64,000 bases of DNA from an uncultured delta proteobacterium (GCA_963769935.1 CAVYNY010000020.1:128001-192000); one strand, 5' to 3'; positions 10,270 through 21,485 are shown, numbered from the stretch's first letter. Translations and numbers: made by a program. The notes: a model not told the origin generated them from the sequence alone.

Positions 10270-10875
10270 ATGCACATTTCTGAAGGAGTTCTATCCGCTC
10301 CCGTGCTGCTTTCGGGCGCGGCCCTGGCTGCCGTAGGGACGGGGATCGGGTTGAAGAAACTGGACTATGATCAGATAGCCAAAGCCGGCATGCTTTCGGC
10401 TGCCTTTTTTGTGGCGTCGCTGGTCCATGTCCCCATCGGGCCGTCCAATGTCCACTTGATATTGAACGGACTGGTGGGTCTTCTCCTGGGCTGGGGGGCC
10501 TTTCCGGCCATCCTGGTCGCACTGGTATTGCAGGCCGTTTTTTTCCAGTTCGGAGGCATTACGACCTTAGGGGTAAATACCGTCGTTATGGCGCTGCCGG
10601 CGACCCTTTGTTATCTTATTTTCGGACGGTTTGTCCAAAAAAGCTCCCGGACGGCCGTCATCGCCGCCTTTGCCTGTGGATTTCTGTCGGTGTTGCTGAG
10701 CGGGTTGTTGGTCGCCTTCTCTCTGGTTTTTACGGATGAGAATTTCCTGGATGTATCCGGCATCATCCTTGCCGCCCATGTACCGGTTATGATTATTGAA
10801 GGTATTGTTACTGCCATTTGTGTGGCCTTTTTGCGCAAAGTAAAGCCGGAGATGCTGCTGACCGGGCCGGACTAA
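10270..10875 (+). CDS. cbiM: Cobalt/nickel ECF transporter substrate component CbiM/NikM
   Basis: N-terminal MHISEG, ASLVHVPIGP.NVHL, GGITTLGVN. Confidence 0.93.
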   Translation: MHISEGVLSAPVLLSGAALAAVGTGIGLKKLDYDQIAKAGMLSAAFFVASLVHVPIGPSNVHLILNGLVGLLLGWGAFPAILVALVLQAVFFQFGGITTLGVNTVVMALPATLCYLIFGRFVQKSSRTAVIAAFACGFLSVLLSGLLVAFSLVFTDENFLDVSGIILAAHVPVMIIEGIVTAICVAFLRKVKPEMLLTGPD

Positions 10876-10949
10876 GCAATGCTTGTTTTAATGTTGGAAA
10901 TAGAAAACAATTCCTGCAAAACGCCGAAAAACGGTTTAAGAGGCGAGGT

Positions 10950-11613
10950 ATGCGTATGAATAAATTCAGGGTAAAAATGGCTGTTGCGGTTGTGATGTTT
11001 TCATGCTTTGCGTTTTTGTCGGTACATTCTGCATTTGCCCACCGGGTCAGCGTCTTTGCCTGGGTGGAAGGCGACAAGATTTACCTGGAAAGCAAATTTG
11101 CCGGCGGCCGGCCGGTGAAATCCGGCAAGGTCGTTGTTACCGATCCCCAGGGTGCCGAGTTGCTGTCCGGCGTGACCAATGATGAGGGTGAATTTTCTTT
11201 CAAAATTCCCGAACGGACGGACTTAAAAATTGTGCTGATCGCCGGACAGGGGCATCAGGCCGAGTGGACCATCCACAAGGCCGAGATGGAGGATTTGCCG
11301 TCCGGGACGGCATCTGAAGGCCGGCGCTGAAAAGTCCGGAGCCGCCGGACAAAAGAAACGCTGTTACCAAAATATCTGTCGATAACGGAACCGGCCGCGC
11401 CAGGCGCTGTTATGAGTCCGAAAGAATTGGAAGCAGTCATCGAATCTGTTCTGGATCGAAAATTGAAACCCATCACGAAAGATGCTGGCCGATCTGCAGC
11501 AGGAGGGCCCCTCCATCAAAGACATATTTGCAGGCATCGGCTACATCTTCGGGCTTGTGGGCGTTGCGGCATATGTTCAAAGCCGTAAAAAGAGTCAGGA
11601 TTCCAGACATTGA
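10950..11613 (+). CDS. CbiL/NikL-like accessory component; frameshifts near 11320 and 11480
   Basis: Signal peptide then HRVSVFAWVEG; C-terminal TM DIFAGIGYIFGLVGVAAY read across frames; follows cbiM. Confidence 0.75.
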
Positions 11614-11640
11614 TCCGGCAGCGAGCCATGCGATGATCTT

Positions 11641-14600
11641 TCATTTGGCACCGGATCGGTTAAAGAAGTGGAAAAGCACCGGCATGACCAGCAGTACGAG
11701 GGGCATCTGCGCCACCAAGCCTGAAATAATGGCGATGGCCAGCGGCTGCAGCATCTCCGACCCCTGTCCCAGGCCCAAAGCCACGGGCAGCAGGGCCAGG
11801 ATGGCGGCGATCGTGGTCATGGCGATGGGCCGCAGACGGTTGATACCGGCCTGAATCAGAACATTGCTGTCCGGTTCCTTGAGGGTGAGCAAATTTCGAT
11901 ACTCGGAGAAGTAAAATATCGCCACTTCGGTGACGATGCCGACGACCATGGTCATACCCATCATGGCCGTTATGTTCAGCTCGACGTTCGTGGCCCACAG
12001 TCCGATGAACACCGCCGACATAGCCATCAAGGGCATGAGGATGATGGTAATTACGATCAGAAACCGTTCGTACAGGAACAACAGCAGCAGGAACACGAGC
12101 GACACCGCCGCGGCGAAGACCGTGATCAGTCCCCGAAAAGCGATTTGCTGCTGCTTGTAGAGCCCGCCCATCTCGTAGTAAATGCCTTTGGGAAGCAGAC
12201 CGCTTTTCTGCAACGCCTGCTCCACATCGTGAGCCGCCGGACCCATGCTGCGTCCGCTGATGCGGGCGGTCACCGCCACCATCCGTTTCAGGTTGTCGCG
12301 GGTGATCTGCGGTTGGCCGGTGACGGTTTCCACCGTGGCGATGCGGCCTAATGGAAACCGGTGGCCATCGGCGGCCGTCAGACTCAATGCGGCAATTTGG
12401 TCCTCTCGCATCCGCAGAGCTGCGGGCACCCATACCCGTATGCCGATCAGCTTGATGTTTTTTTGTACTTTGGTGGTGACGATCCCGCTCAGGTAGGCCT
12501 CCAACTGACTGGTCACGGCCTCCGGATCGATGCCCTCCAGCGCTCCCTTTGATCTGTCCACCTTGATTTCGAGGGAATCGCCGGCAATGACGATGCCGCT
12601 GCGCACGCTGACAATTCCCCGCACTTGCCCGATGGCGCGGGCTACCTTGGGAGCCGTGTCCAGCAATTGCTGAGTATTGTCGCCGAACAGCTTGATCTCG
12701 ATGGGCTGGGGAACGGCGGTCAAGTCGCCGATGAGATCTTCGATCAGTTGGGCCGTCTCGACTTCCAGTCCTGGAACCTGCTGCTCGATTTGCCCCCGGA
12801 CGGCGTCCATGACCGCCCAGACTGAGCGTCGCGGAGGCGGCTTGAGATCGATAAAGTAATCGCCTTGGTTGGCTTCGGTAATTCCCCCGCCGAGCTGGGT
12901 GCCGGTGCGCCGCGAATAGGTAGCAATCTCCGGAACGGTTTTCAGGATAGCGTCCACCTGCTCCAGCAGGCGATCGGTCTCGGCCAGCGAAGTTCCAGGC
13001 GGGGTCAGGTAGTCCAGCACGAATCCGCTCTCGTCCATCTTGGGAAGGAAGCCCGAGCCAACCCGGCTGTAGGCAAAGGTACCACCGATCAGCAGGGGCA
13101 AGACACCGGCCACCAGAAGCCAGGGGTGAGCCACAATGGTTTTCATCAAGCTCCTGTATCCGTGCTGAAAGGCATGCGTGATGCGGCCTTCATCTTCTCG
13201 AGCGGCATCTTTGCCGCCAAGTAGATGTTCGCACAACAGGGGAATGGCCAGCCAGGCCACCACGTAGGAAACCAGCAGTGCGCTGGCCATGGTCACTGAC
13301 AAGGCCTTGAAGAAGGCGCCGGTGACGCCGCTGAGAAACGCCAGCGGCAAAAAGATGATGATGGTAGACCCGGATGAACCGCTGAGCGGATGGACAAACT
13401 CGGTGGCAGCCTGGCGGATTATGTCAGAGTCAGAGCCGTGGCTCTGGCGTACACGCCGGATGATGTTTTCGAGCATGACGATAGCATCGTCGATGATCAG
13501 TCCCACTGCCGCTGCCATGCCGCCCAGGGTCATGATGTTGAAACTCATATTGAGCAGGTAGAGCACGAGCACAGCGGTTGCCAGCACCGCCGGCACCGTC
13601 AGAACGGCAATCAGGGTAATTTTGAGACTGCGCAGAAACAGCAGCAGCATCAGGGCTGCCAGACCGGCGCCGATGAGGACCGCATCACGCACGCTGCTGG
13701 CGGTTTCAGTCACCAGTCGGCTCTGATCATACCAGCTGTGGATCGAAATGCCGGGAGGCAGGCGGTCCTGAAATTGCTTCAACCGCGTCTTGATCTGCGC
13801 CACGATGTCGACGGTGTTGCCCCCCGGCTGCTGGTAGATCGACATCGATACCGCGTTTCGGCCGTCGGCCATTATGGTTTGCCAGTTCGGCACGCTGGAC
13901 AGCGCCACAGTGGCGATATCTTCCAGTCGCACCAAGCCGTTTTCATCGGTTCTGAGAACCGTGGCGCCAATCTGCGCCAGATCGTGGAAACGGGTGTCCG
14001 ACAGGAGCAGAAACAGTTTGTAATGATCCTGCAGTCGCCCGACGGCTTTGAGCACATTGGACGCCGATACGGCCTTGATGACATCCTCGATGGTGAGTCC
14101 ATAAGCCTGCAGCAGGGCCGGATCGGCAGAGACGCGGTACTCGGCCTCTTCGCCCCCCATGACCGGAACTCTGGCGACGCCGTCGATCGCCGACAGGAGC
14201 GGCGAAAGCTGATACTGGGCGATATCGCGCAGCTCAATCAGGCCGTGGGAGTCCGAGGTCAGGCTGTAGGCCGCGACCGGATAGACCGTTGCATCCATGC
14301 GGCGGGCGCTGAAAGAAGTCCCCGCCGGCAGGGATGAGAGCTGCTGGTTCACTACCGATTCAACCTGCAGCAACGCTACGACCATGTCATGTCCCCAGGA
14401 GAAGTCGATCGATATATCGGCGCTGCCGCGGCTGGTCGTGGAGCGGATGCTGTGCACGCCGGGAATGGCATGCAGCGCTTCTTCCACCGGGCGGGTGATC
14501 GTGAGAACCATTTGGCCGGCGGGGCGATCGCCGGCCTCCAGCATGACTTCGATGCGGGGAAAATCTACACGGGGAAACAGCGCCACCGGCAGTTTCAAGG

Positions 14601-14685
14601 CGCTCACCAGCCCCCCGAGGACCAACAACGCCAGTAGAAACAGAATCGAGCGGCGATGCCCGGCGACCCGGTCGGCAAAACTCAC
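11641..14685 (-). CDS. RND efflux permease (AcrB/CusA superfamily)
   Basis: 1014 aa, NIMTLGGMAAAVGLIIDDAIVMLENI, RLRPIAMTT, PLAIAIISGL. Confidence 0.95.
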   Translation of the reverse strand: MSFADRVAGHRRSILFLLALLVLGGLVSALKLPVALFPRVDFPRIEVMLEAGDRPAGQMVLTITRPVEEALHAIPGVHSIRSTTSRGSADISIDFSWGHDMVVALLQVESVVNQQLSSLPAGTSFSARRMDATVYPVAAYSLTSDSHGLIELRDIAQYQLSPLLSAIDGVARVPVMGGEEAEYRVSADPALLQAYGLTIEDVIKAVSASNVLKAVGRLQDHYKLFLLLSDTRFHDLAQIGATVLRTDENGLVRLEDIATVALSSVPNWQTIMADGRNAVSMSIYQQPGGNTVDIVAQIKTRLKQFQDRLPPGISIHSWYDQSRLVTETASSVRDAVLIGAGLAALMLLLFLRSLKITLIAVLTVPAVLATAVLVLYLLNMSFNIMTLGGMAAAVGLIIDDAIVMLENIIRRVRQSHGSDSDIIRQAATEFVHPLSGSSGSTIIIFLPLAFLSGVTGAFFKALSVTMASALLVSYVVAWLAIPLLCEHLLGGKDAAREDEGRITHAFQHGYRSLMKTIVAHPWLLVAGVLPLLIGGTFAYSRVGSGFLPKMDESGFVLDYLTPPGTSLAETDRLLEQVDAILKTVPEIATYSRRTGTQLGGGITEANQGDYFIDLKPPPRRSVWAVMDAVRGQIEQQVPGLEVETAQLIEDLIGDLTAVPQPIEIKLFGDNTQQLLDTAPKVARAIGQVRGIVSVRSGIVIAGDSLEIKVDRSKGALEGIDPEAVTSQLEAYLSGIVTTKVQKNIKLIGIRVWVPAALRMREDQIAALSLTAADGHRFPLGRIATVETVTGQPQITRDNLKRMVAVTARISGRSMGPAAHDVEQALQKSGLLPKGIYYEMGGLYKQQQIAFRGLITVFAAAVSLVFLLLLFLYERFLIVITIILMPLMAMSAVFIGLWATNVELNITAMMGMTMVVGIVTEVAIFYFSEYRNLLTLKEPDSNVLIQAGINRLRPIAMTTIAAILALLPVALGLGQGSEMLQPLAIAIISGLVAQMPLVLLVMPVLFHFFNRSGAK

Positions 14686-15728
14686 GGCTGCACCTCCTGC
14701 AGCGCCATGCCGTCTTTGAGCTCGTAGTTGCCCACGATGACCACGGCATCACCGGCCTTCAGCGGTCCTTCGACCGCCACCAGCCCTCTGTCCTCAAGCC
14801 CGGTCGTAACAGCCACTCGATGGGCTCGACCATTTTGAACGATGAACAGATACGCTCCCTGTGCATCCTTCAATACGGCACTGCGCGGCACGGCCAGGGT
14901 TTTTTCCTCGTTCAGGGTTATTGTCCCTTTGATCCGGTCGCCCAACACAAGTGGGGCCGACTTGGCTGCCGGCACCCGCGTCAGTACGTCCACCAGCCGC
15001 GTGCGCGGGTTAACCATGGCCAGCACTGTGCTGACCTGCACCTCGACTCGCCATTGCTGTTCGAACAGGGATTCCAGCACCACTTTCATCCCGGGTGCGA
15101 CGCGACGGGCGTCCTCCGGTTCCACGCCCAGTGGCACGAGCAGCGTGTCCTCGCTGGCCAGCAGCACGGCATCGGTGTCGGCCTGGACGCGCTGCCCCTG
15201 GCTTACCTTCAGCTCGATCACGATCCCCGCAAAAGGCGAGCGAATGATCGTCATGTTTTTCTCGTTGCCCAGCTTGAGCAGCGCAGCCAACTTGGCTTCG
15301 GCATCGCTGAGGTCGCGCTCTGCGGCCGCGACCTGATCGTGGGTTGCCAACTGCTGGGAAAACAGGCTTTGGGTTTGCTGCAGTTTGCTGCGCGCATAGT
15401 CAACTGCGGCTTTGGCCTGCTGGTAGTCCATGCGGGCCTGCGGGGCGGTGTCGAGTTCCAGGAGTTCCTGATTGGGGGTGACCCGCTGGCCGAGGCGGAC
15501 CAGCAGGCGGTTGATCGTACCGGCCCGCGGCAGTGAAATGCTGCTGATATGATCCGGGTCGGCTTGGACCTGCCCGTAAGCGACGACCGTCTTTTTCAGG
15601 ATGTGTTGCGCCAACGGCAGGGTTTGAACCTGGGCCTGAGGTTCGGCCAGGGCCGGGATCGTTGCCGGGTACACGGCGAGAAGGGCGGACAACAGATATA
15701 GCTTGGAATGACGGATAAAACAGTTCAT
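14682..15728 (-). CDS. RND periplasmic adaptor (membrane fusion protein)
   Basis: Lipoyl/coiled-coil pattern, IRSPFAGIV, VPRSAV; ATGA overlap with the upstream gene. Confidence 0.9.
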   Translation of the reverse strand: MNCFIRHSKLYLLSALLAVYPATIPALAEPQAQVQTLPLAQHILKKTVVAYGQVQADPDHISSISLPRAGTINRLLVRLGQRVTPNQELLELDTAPQARMDYQQAKAAVDYARSKLQQTQSLFSQQLATHDQVAAAERDLSDAEAKLAALLKLGNEKNMTIIRSPFAGIVIELKVSQGQRVQADTDAVLLASEDTLLVPLGVEPEDARRVAPGMKVVLESLFEQQWRVEVQVSTVLAMVNPRTRLVDVLTRVPAAKSAPLVLGDRIKGTITLNEEKTLAVPRSAVLKDAQGAYLFIVQNGRAHRVAVTTGLEDRGLVAVEGPLKAGDAVVIVGNYELKDGMALQEVQP

Positions 15729-17095
15729 GGTCGATACTTTCCAGGGGCCGGGGCGGAAGTCTCCGCGGGCCAGGCCAGCAGTGTATCCAATGCGATGCGG
15801 ATTTCCCACAGGGACTGCTCCAGGTCCACGGCTTCCAGGCGCTGGTTGAGAAGGGTATTGGCCATGTTGACATAAGCCAGCGAATCGATGTTGCCGGCCT
15901 CGTAGGCTCGGGTCGCCTTTGCAACCATCTGCTCCAGAATCGGCAGCTTTTGGTTGAGTGTGGAACGTTGCTGGGAAAGCAGCTCATACCGGGTCTGCAG
16001 CAGGTCGATCTGGGTCAGCGCCTGGTCCAAGCGCAGCTGATAGGCCTGCGCGAGCTGAGCCCGTGTTGCGCGCTGGATGGCGATCTGGCCCCGGTTGGCG
16101 TTCAAGACCGGCAGGTTCAACGTGATGCCGACACCGATGCTGGTTACATCGCCTGTATCCCGGCCCCAGTTGGGCCCGAGGCTTAAGGTGGGGAACTGGG
16201 CCAGTATCGCTCGGCGGACTTTTTCCTCCTGGCTGGCATATCCCGCCTGCAGCGCCAGCAGATCGGGCCGGCGCTTGGGTAGATCGGCCATGGCTGCCTG
16301 CAGGTTTGTCTGCTGAAGCGGTAGCGGCGCCGGCAGGAGTGTTAGATCAAGGGTTACATCGGGTTGCAGTCCCAGCAGGAGGTTGAAGTCGTGCCGAGTC
16401 TGATTCACCGTCAACGCCATCTGGCTCACCCTGGTGTTGGCGTCGAGCAGGGCGGTCAGGTCGGTGCCGGTCACATCCAGGGTAAGATTGCCCGCTTCGA
16501 GGGCCTGGGAGGAGCGGGCGTAGCGTTGTGCATAGAGCGTTTGTGCCTGGCGCAGCAAGGCCAGCTTGCGATCCTGCTGGACGCTCTGCACGAAGAGCGC
16601 GCGGGCCTGCTGGACGGTCAGCCACTCCTGCCAAAGGATATCCAGATCCACCTGCCGCGCGGCGGCGCTTGCCGCTTTGATGCCGGCGCCGCGGGTCACC
16701 AGGGTCATGACGTCGTAGCTCAAACCGATCCCATATGCATCGGTCAGAGGAGGCGGCCCCGAGGTGGGATGAGCGCCGCTCAGAGAGAGCTGGGGATCCG
16801 GCAACAGACGGGCATCGAACAACTGCGCTCCCGCAATCTCGGCTTCGAGACGGCGGGCCTTGAGTTCGGGGTTGTTGATGACCGCCAGGATGGCCACTTC
16901 AGTCATGTCGAGGCCGTCGTCCGGATTGAAAGGGTGCGAACGCAGCAATGGTAGGGGCAGTAGCCGGGGATCGACTTTCAGCCGTCGGACCCCTTTCGCC
17001 ATATCCGGCCCTTCGGGCAAAGGTTGTGGCTGATATGACGCGCAGCCAGTCAGCAGCACCGCTATAGCTATGATTATCACCCACACGGCTTTCAT
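15725..17095 (-). CDS. TolC-family outer membrane efflux lipoprotein
   Basis: Lipobox LLTGC, AVINNPEL, RRPDLLA motifs. Confidence 0.9.
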   Translation of the reverse strand: MKAVWVIIIAIAVLLTGCASYQPQPLPEGPDMAKGVRRLKVDPRLLPLPLLRSHPFNPDDGLDMTEVAILAVINNPELKARRLEAEIAGAQLFDARLLPDPQLSLSGAHPTSGPPPLTDAYGIGLSYDVMTLVTRGAGIKAASAAARQVDLDILWQEWLTVQQARALFVQSVQQDRKLALLRQAQTLYAQRYARSSQALEAGNLTLDVTGTDLTALLDANTRVSQMALTVNQTRHDFNLLLGLQPDVTLDLTLLPAPLPLQQTNLQAAMADLPKRRPDLLALQAGYASQEEKVRRAILAQFPTLSLGPNWGRDTGDVTSIGVGITLNLPVLNANRGQIAIQRATRAQLAQAYQLRLDQALTQIDLLQTRYELLSQQRSTLNQKLPILEQMVAKATRAYEAGNIDSLAYVNMANTLLNQRLEAVDLEQSLWEIRIALDTLLAWPAETSAPAPGKYRP

Positions 17096-17607
17096 GTGGT
17101 CCTTTTTCCCCCACGGGCTGACTCATGAGACTGGTTTACAAATTCGGCGTCCGACCGTGCCGATTATCATTCGACTCCAGGTGCGCCCAATACACTGGAC
17201 TGTTTATTTTCAGATGCGAAAATTTTCTCTCATTTATGAACTATGGTCGATAAAAAGTCAATTAAATGTGCCGAAAGCTCTCTAAACCCTATATTCTGAA
17301 GTATCCGCCGTTGTCACACCGAGGTGTGACTGTGGCAAGGTTGGCTGGGGTGTTGAAATAATACAGTATTCAAAAAGCCTTCAGACCTATCGCGATCAGG
17401 CCAGTACGGCAGTATCCATAGCCACCGGCGCACACTGTATTGGTTATCAAAATAGCAGGCCATTATGAAGAAAGCATGAACCCGCCGATGATTTCCCGCC
17501 TAGACAAAACAGGAAAATGAGGCAGAGTATATAGAGCTGGTTGGGAAGTCCCTTAGCTGTAATTTATTTCTTGACAAAAATAGGCTCACTGTTTTACTGA
17601 AATATAT

Positions 17608-17772
17608 AAGGTGCGTAAGCTTAATAGGGAATCCCGTTAGAATCGGGAACGGTCCCGCCGCTGTAACCCTGCTTCATTAATTGAAGAAAACCAGTTCGGC
17701 CCCGTGCGCCACTGTATCGTTTTAACGGAATGGGAAGGCCGCCGGACGGGCGGGGGAGTCAGAAGACCTGCC
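17608..17772 (+). ncRNA. Cobalamin (B12) riboswitch
   Basis: AAGGTG...AATAGGGAATCCCG..GAATCGGGAACGGTCCCGCCGCTGT, GCCACTG...TGGGAAGGC, B12 box GAGTCAGAAGACCTGCC; TTGACA at 17571; upstream of cbiK. Confidence 0.95.
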
Positions 17773-17845
17773 TTGCCAATACGCTATTGCTCTGCGGGCA
17801 ACAGAGCGTGTTGTGATATGAAAAGGGTTAAGAAAACTGGGTGCA

Positions 17846-17881
17846 GCCCTTCAGGCGTGAACGCTTGAAGGGTTTTTTTTT
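17846..17881 (+). terminator. Intrinsic terminator (riboswitch expression platform)
   Basis: GCCCTTCAGGCGT-GA-ACGCTTGAAGGGT hairpin followed by a long T run. Confidence 0.85.
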
Positions 17882-18089
17882 GCAATTTATCTTATTCGAC
17901 CTCTATGTGAGATCTTCCACAAAAAAGGAGGTGAGCTCAGGTCGTATGAAATAGAAACCGACACCAAGGGGATAGACGTTGACGGGATCCCCGGAAGTAT
18001 TCGGCTTACCAGGGAAGTGTGACATTTTTCCAACTTATTGGAGAACATCTATTTGAAGGTCAAAGGCAACTGCAAAGGAGAGTCTTCGA

Positions 18090-18972
18090 ATGAAAAAAAG
18101 AAATCCTGATTTCGGTGATCGCTGTGTTCACTGTAGTTATGTCTGTGCACTGCTGCCTGGGCTGCCGAGCACGGGCACAAAGCCCCTAAGAAGGTAGGAA
18201 TTTTGTTGGTGGCCTTCGGATCCAGCGAAGCCAGCGCCCAGGTGTCCTTTGAAAACATCGATAAAAAGACCAAGGCCGCTTTTCCGGATATTCCCGTACG
18301 TTGGGCCTATACTTCCAGCATAATCCGCAAAAAGCTGGCCAAACAGGGCAAGTACCTGGATTCACCTGAAGTCGCCCTGGCCAAAATGATGGATGAAGGA
18401 TTTACCCATGTGGCGGTGCAATCGCTGCACACCATCGGCGGCGAGGAATACCACGATTTGAGCCGCACTGTGGAGGGCTTCCAGGTGATGGGCGGCTTTC
18501 AGCGCATTATCCTGGCATATCCGCTGCTGGCCACCCAGGAAGACATGCAGCGTGCTGTGGACGGGATTCTGGAAACTATTCCCAAAGAAAGAAAAGAAAA
18601 CGAAGCGGTGGTTTTGATGGGGCACGGCACCCGCATCCATCCAACGCTTTTTATGCCGCCTTGATGTTTCAGCTTCAACTCAAGGATCCCAACATTTTCG
18701 TCGGCACCGTTGAAGGATACCCTGAAGTCGGTTTAATCAAAGATCTGATGCTCAAAAAGAAAATCAAAAAAGCGTATTTGATGCCGTTTATGTCGGTCGC
18801 CGGCGACCATGCTAAACACGACATGGCCGGTGATGATGCGGATTCCTGGAAATCAATTTTCGCCAAAGCCGGTATCCAGTGCGTTCCCATTCTCAAGGGA
18901 ACCGCTGAATATGATGTCTTCGTCGACATGTGGGTCGATCACCTCAAGGGCCCGTTGAGCCATTTTAAATGA
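18090..18972 (+). CDS. cbiK: Sirohydrochlorin cobaltochelatase CbiK, periplasmic type; frameshifts near 18100-18150 and 18635
   Basis: ILLVAFGSS, QSLHTIGGEEY, LMGHGT, GTVEGYP, PFMSVAGDHA..DMAGD; hydrophobic signal-like N-terminus. Confidence 0.9.
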
Positions 18973-19138
18973 TTCTTCCATTTATATACACCGCATCATA
19001 TTTAAATGTGTATTCGCTTTTTTCTGGTCGATAAAAGAACCGCTTCAGTAGGTAGACATGGGTAAAACACTGGGCATGTATGCGCCATGAATTAGGTCCT
19101 TTTGTATAATTAGTTCTACTTTGTCATATTGGCTTTTA

Positions 19139-19504
19139 CTACCACAACCGCCAGACAATTCGATCGCCCCTTTTTTCGGCCCGGGCCTTCTCCATATGCC
19201 TAAGTGAGGCAAATTGTCGCTGCAGATCCTCCGGGCTCATTTGGCAGCTGAGCTGCTGCAGCAAGGCCGCCGGTTCGATGCCGCCGGTTCGCTTTAAGAT
19301 GTCGAGGATTTCCGACTGGATCGGCGTCAGAGTCCCGGCACCGCCTGCATGCTTTTCAAAGGATTTCGCACTGTGCACGGCCCAGGGGTCGCAGGTTCGG
19401 ACGGGCGAAAGGGCGTCCATGTAGCAGTCTTCGCAGAGGGTCTGCCCCAGATGTTCTTTTTCTTCCCCCGCCTCAATGGCATTATGACAGCGTTCACACT
19501 TCAT
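19139..19504 (-). CDS. Hypothetical zinc-ribbon (CxxC..CxxC) plus winged-helix-like protein
   Basis: MKCERC...LCEDC...CDPWAVHSAK; RBS GAGGTGA. Confidence 0.7.
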   Translation of the reverse strand: MKCERCHNAIEAGEEKEHLGQTLCEDCYMDALSPVRTCDPWAVHSAKSFEKHAGGAGTLTPIQSEILDILKRTGGIEPAALLQQLSCQMSPEDLQRQFASLRHMEKARAEKRGDRIVWRLW

Positions 19505-19683
19505 AGGTCACCTCGTTGAATTAAGAAATTGCCGTGCCCGGACCTGGACGTGCAGCTGATCACCCGGCCCAATGCCCCGCCGGCGAAGGGCAAATTTTGG
19601 CGCCATTCATGCCGGTTCTTCCGGACGCTGCGCAAGCCTGGGCCGGCCGCGGCTGCTTTATAGTGTAAGACTTCCGTCTACCG

Positions 19684-20232
19684 CTAACGGTCAATTCCCA
19701 GGTCCCTGTGGATTTGAAGCATCCATTCGGGAACCGTAGGATTGTCAACGCCCAAGTAGGACTTGGAATAAGGCTTGATATCGATAATAGGGCTGCCGTC
19801 CAGGGCCTCCAATCCCTTTACTTTAATAACATTTCCGGTCCGTTCAAGCAAGGGCACCGCCGACACCAGAATCGGATTGGGCCGTGCCGGACTGCAGGTG
19901 GCGAATATGCCTTGCAAGGGCAAATCTTTACGGCCCATGGGATGGACTTTCCGCAAGTTCCGCCGTTTCGGGTCGATCAGATGGGGCCAATAAAGCACCA
20001 GGATATGGGAAAAACCGTCGATGCCGTCGAGCAGCTCCGCCCATTGGGGAAAGATGAACAGCTCGCATATGCTGTTTTCGACCCGTCTGTGATATTCGCG
20101 AATTTTTTCCAGGCGCTCCTGCAGTTCAATATCCGATTCGCCGGCGAGCAGCATGGGGGTTTTGATTTCGCTGCGCACCTCTCCGACCGGAGTGAGCTGC
20201 ATCGACAATAGATGGTTTTGGTTAACGTTCAT
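19684..20232 (-). CDS. tsaA: TsaA/TrmO-like SAM-binding methyltransferase family protein
   Basis: GIFATCSPARPNPI, GLEALDGSPIIDIKPY. Confidence 0.85.
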   Translation of the reverse strand: MNVNQNHLLSMQLTPVGEVRSEIKTPMLLAGESDIELQERLEKIREYHRRVENSICELFIFPQWAELLDGIDGFSHILVLYWPHLIDPKRRNLRKVHPMGRKDLPLQGIFATCSPARPNPILVSAVPLLERTGNVIKVKGLEALDGSPIIDIKPYSKSYLGVDNPTVPEWMLQIHRDLGIDR

Positions 20233-20403
20233 TGGATATTTCTCCTAAATCCATGGAAACGCGGGACTGCCTTCCCGAGGGTCAATAAGTTTTTTTATCC
20301 TTTGAGATTACAGATTTTCATATCGTTTCATCACTTACAGTTCATGATCCGCCCGTCGGTTCCAGGGCGGCTGGCGAACTCGCCTTGGAGGGACACCAAT
20401 GGG

Positions 20404-21485
20404 CTACCGGTTCCAGACCGCAGCATAAGGATCGCCGCCGGCTACCTTGTCGGCCAGCTTCGCCTTTCCCTCGAAAGACTTGAGTTCGACGATATAGGCA
20501 AGAATCTTATCCCTGGGGAGGCGGGCCAGCTCCCGGGACATTTTCACCCTGGCAACCCAGAACATCGGGTTCGCAGGTCCGCCTTTGGGCGTCAATTCAT
20601 CGGGCTTCATCCCGGTGTCCTGAAAAGCCTTGTTCCAGTCAAATCCCAGCACCCTGCCGTCGCACGAGTCCGATTTATTGTTTGTGCGCATGGCAACGAG
20701 CGGGGGTTGAACCCCGGCTTTGGCATATTTTTCCAGTAGGCTGCCGTCAATCGCCATGGCGTATCCCGAGGATTTTCCCGCCGTGGCGTTGAACATCATC
20801 TGAAGGGCGTCGGCCACACATTTGCCCGGTGCTGTTACAAAAACATATTTTTCGCCGGACCCCAGGGGGAGATTGTCCATAAGATATTCCCCGGCAATGA
20901 AACCGGAGTTGACCCCCGGGCAGAAATGGTCATGAAAAGCCGCCGCCTGCAGCAAGGCCCAGGGCGGCTCCACGGCCCAGGTGAGACTGATGCTGACCAC
21001 AGAAAAGATCCTCGCGCCGATGATGCCGCCGGCGGCATCCTTCCATCCCTCGGGGTCCAGGATTCCGGCAGGAGATGCATCGACTATTTGCTGCTCAAAC
21101 CCCTTTCCGGTCCACTTGAAAAAGATCAGCTTGCCTGTATCCTTCCGGTAAAGGGAGCACCAAAGTGGTTCCTGAATCCCCGTGTGCACGGCAAGCAGGG
21201 AACGGCTCCCCATGTGGCAGCCTGTTGCCGCAGAAGCGGTGTTCAGAAAAGCCTCCGTGCTCTGGTTGTCGACCGTTCCATAGCCGGCATTGGTCAGCAG
21301 CAGGAGATTGGCATCAGACTTGGATACGTACATTTCGGACATGGCACGGCCGAGAGCTTCTTTGGCCGGATCCAGCCAGGTGGCTCGTTGGCAGCCCAAG
21401 GCGAGGCAGTCAACATGAATGCGGCAACCAAGAGAATAACGACCAACAAATAGATCGTCATCATAAGCGGCTTCATGCCTGCCAT
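20404..21485 (-). CDS. FmdE family protein, large probably exported form; frameshift near the N-terminus (~21400)
   Basis: LTNAGY, FHDHFCPGVNSG, CVADALQ; hydrophobic signal in an adjacent frame (YLLVVILLVAAFMLTASPWA). Confidence 0.8.
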
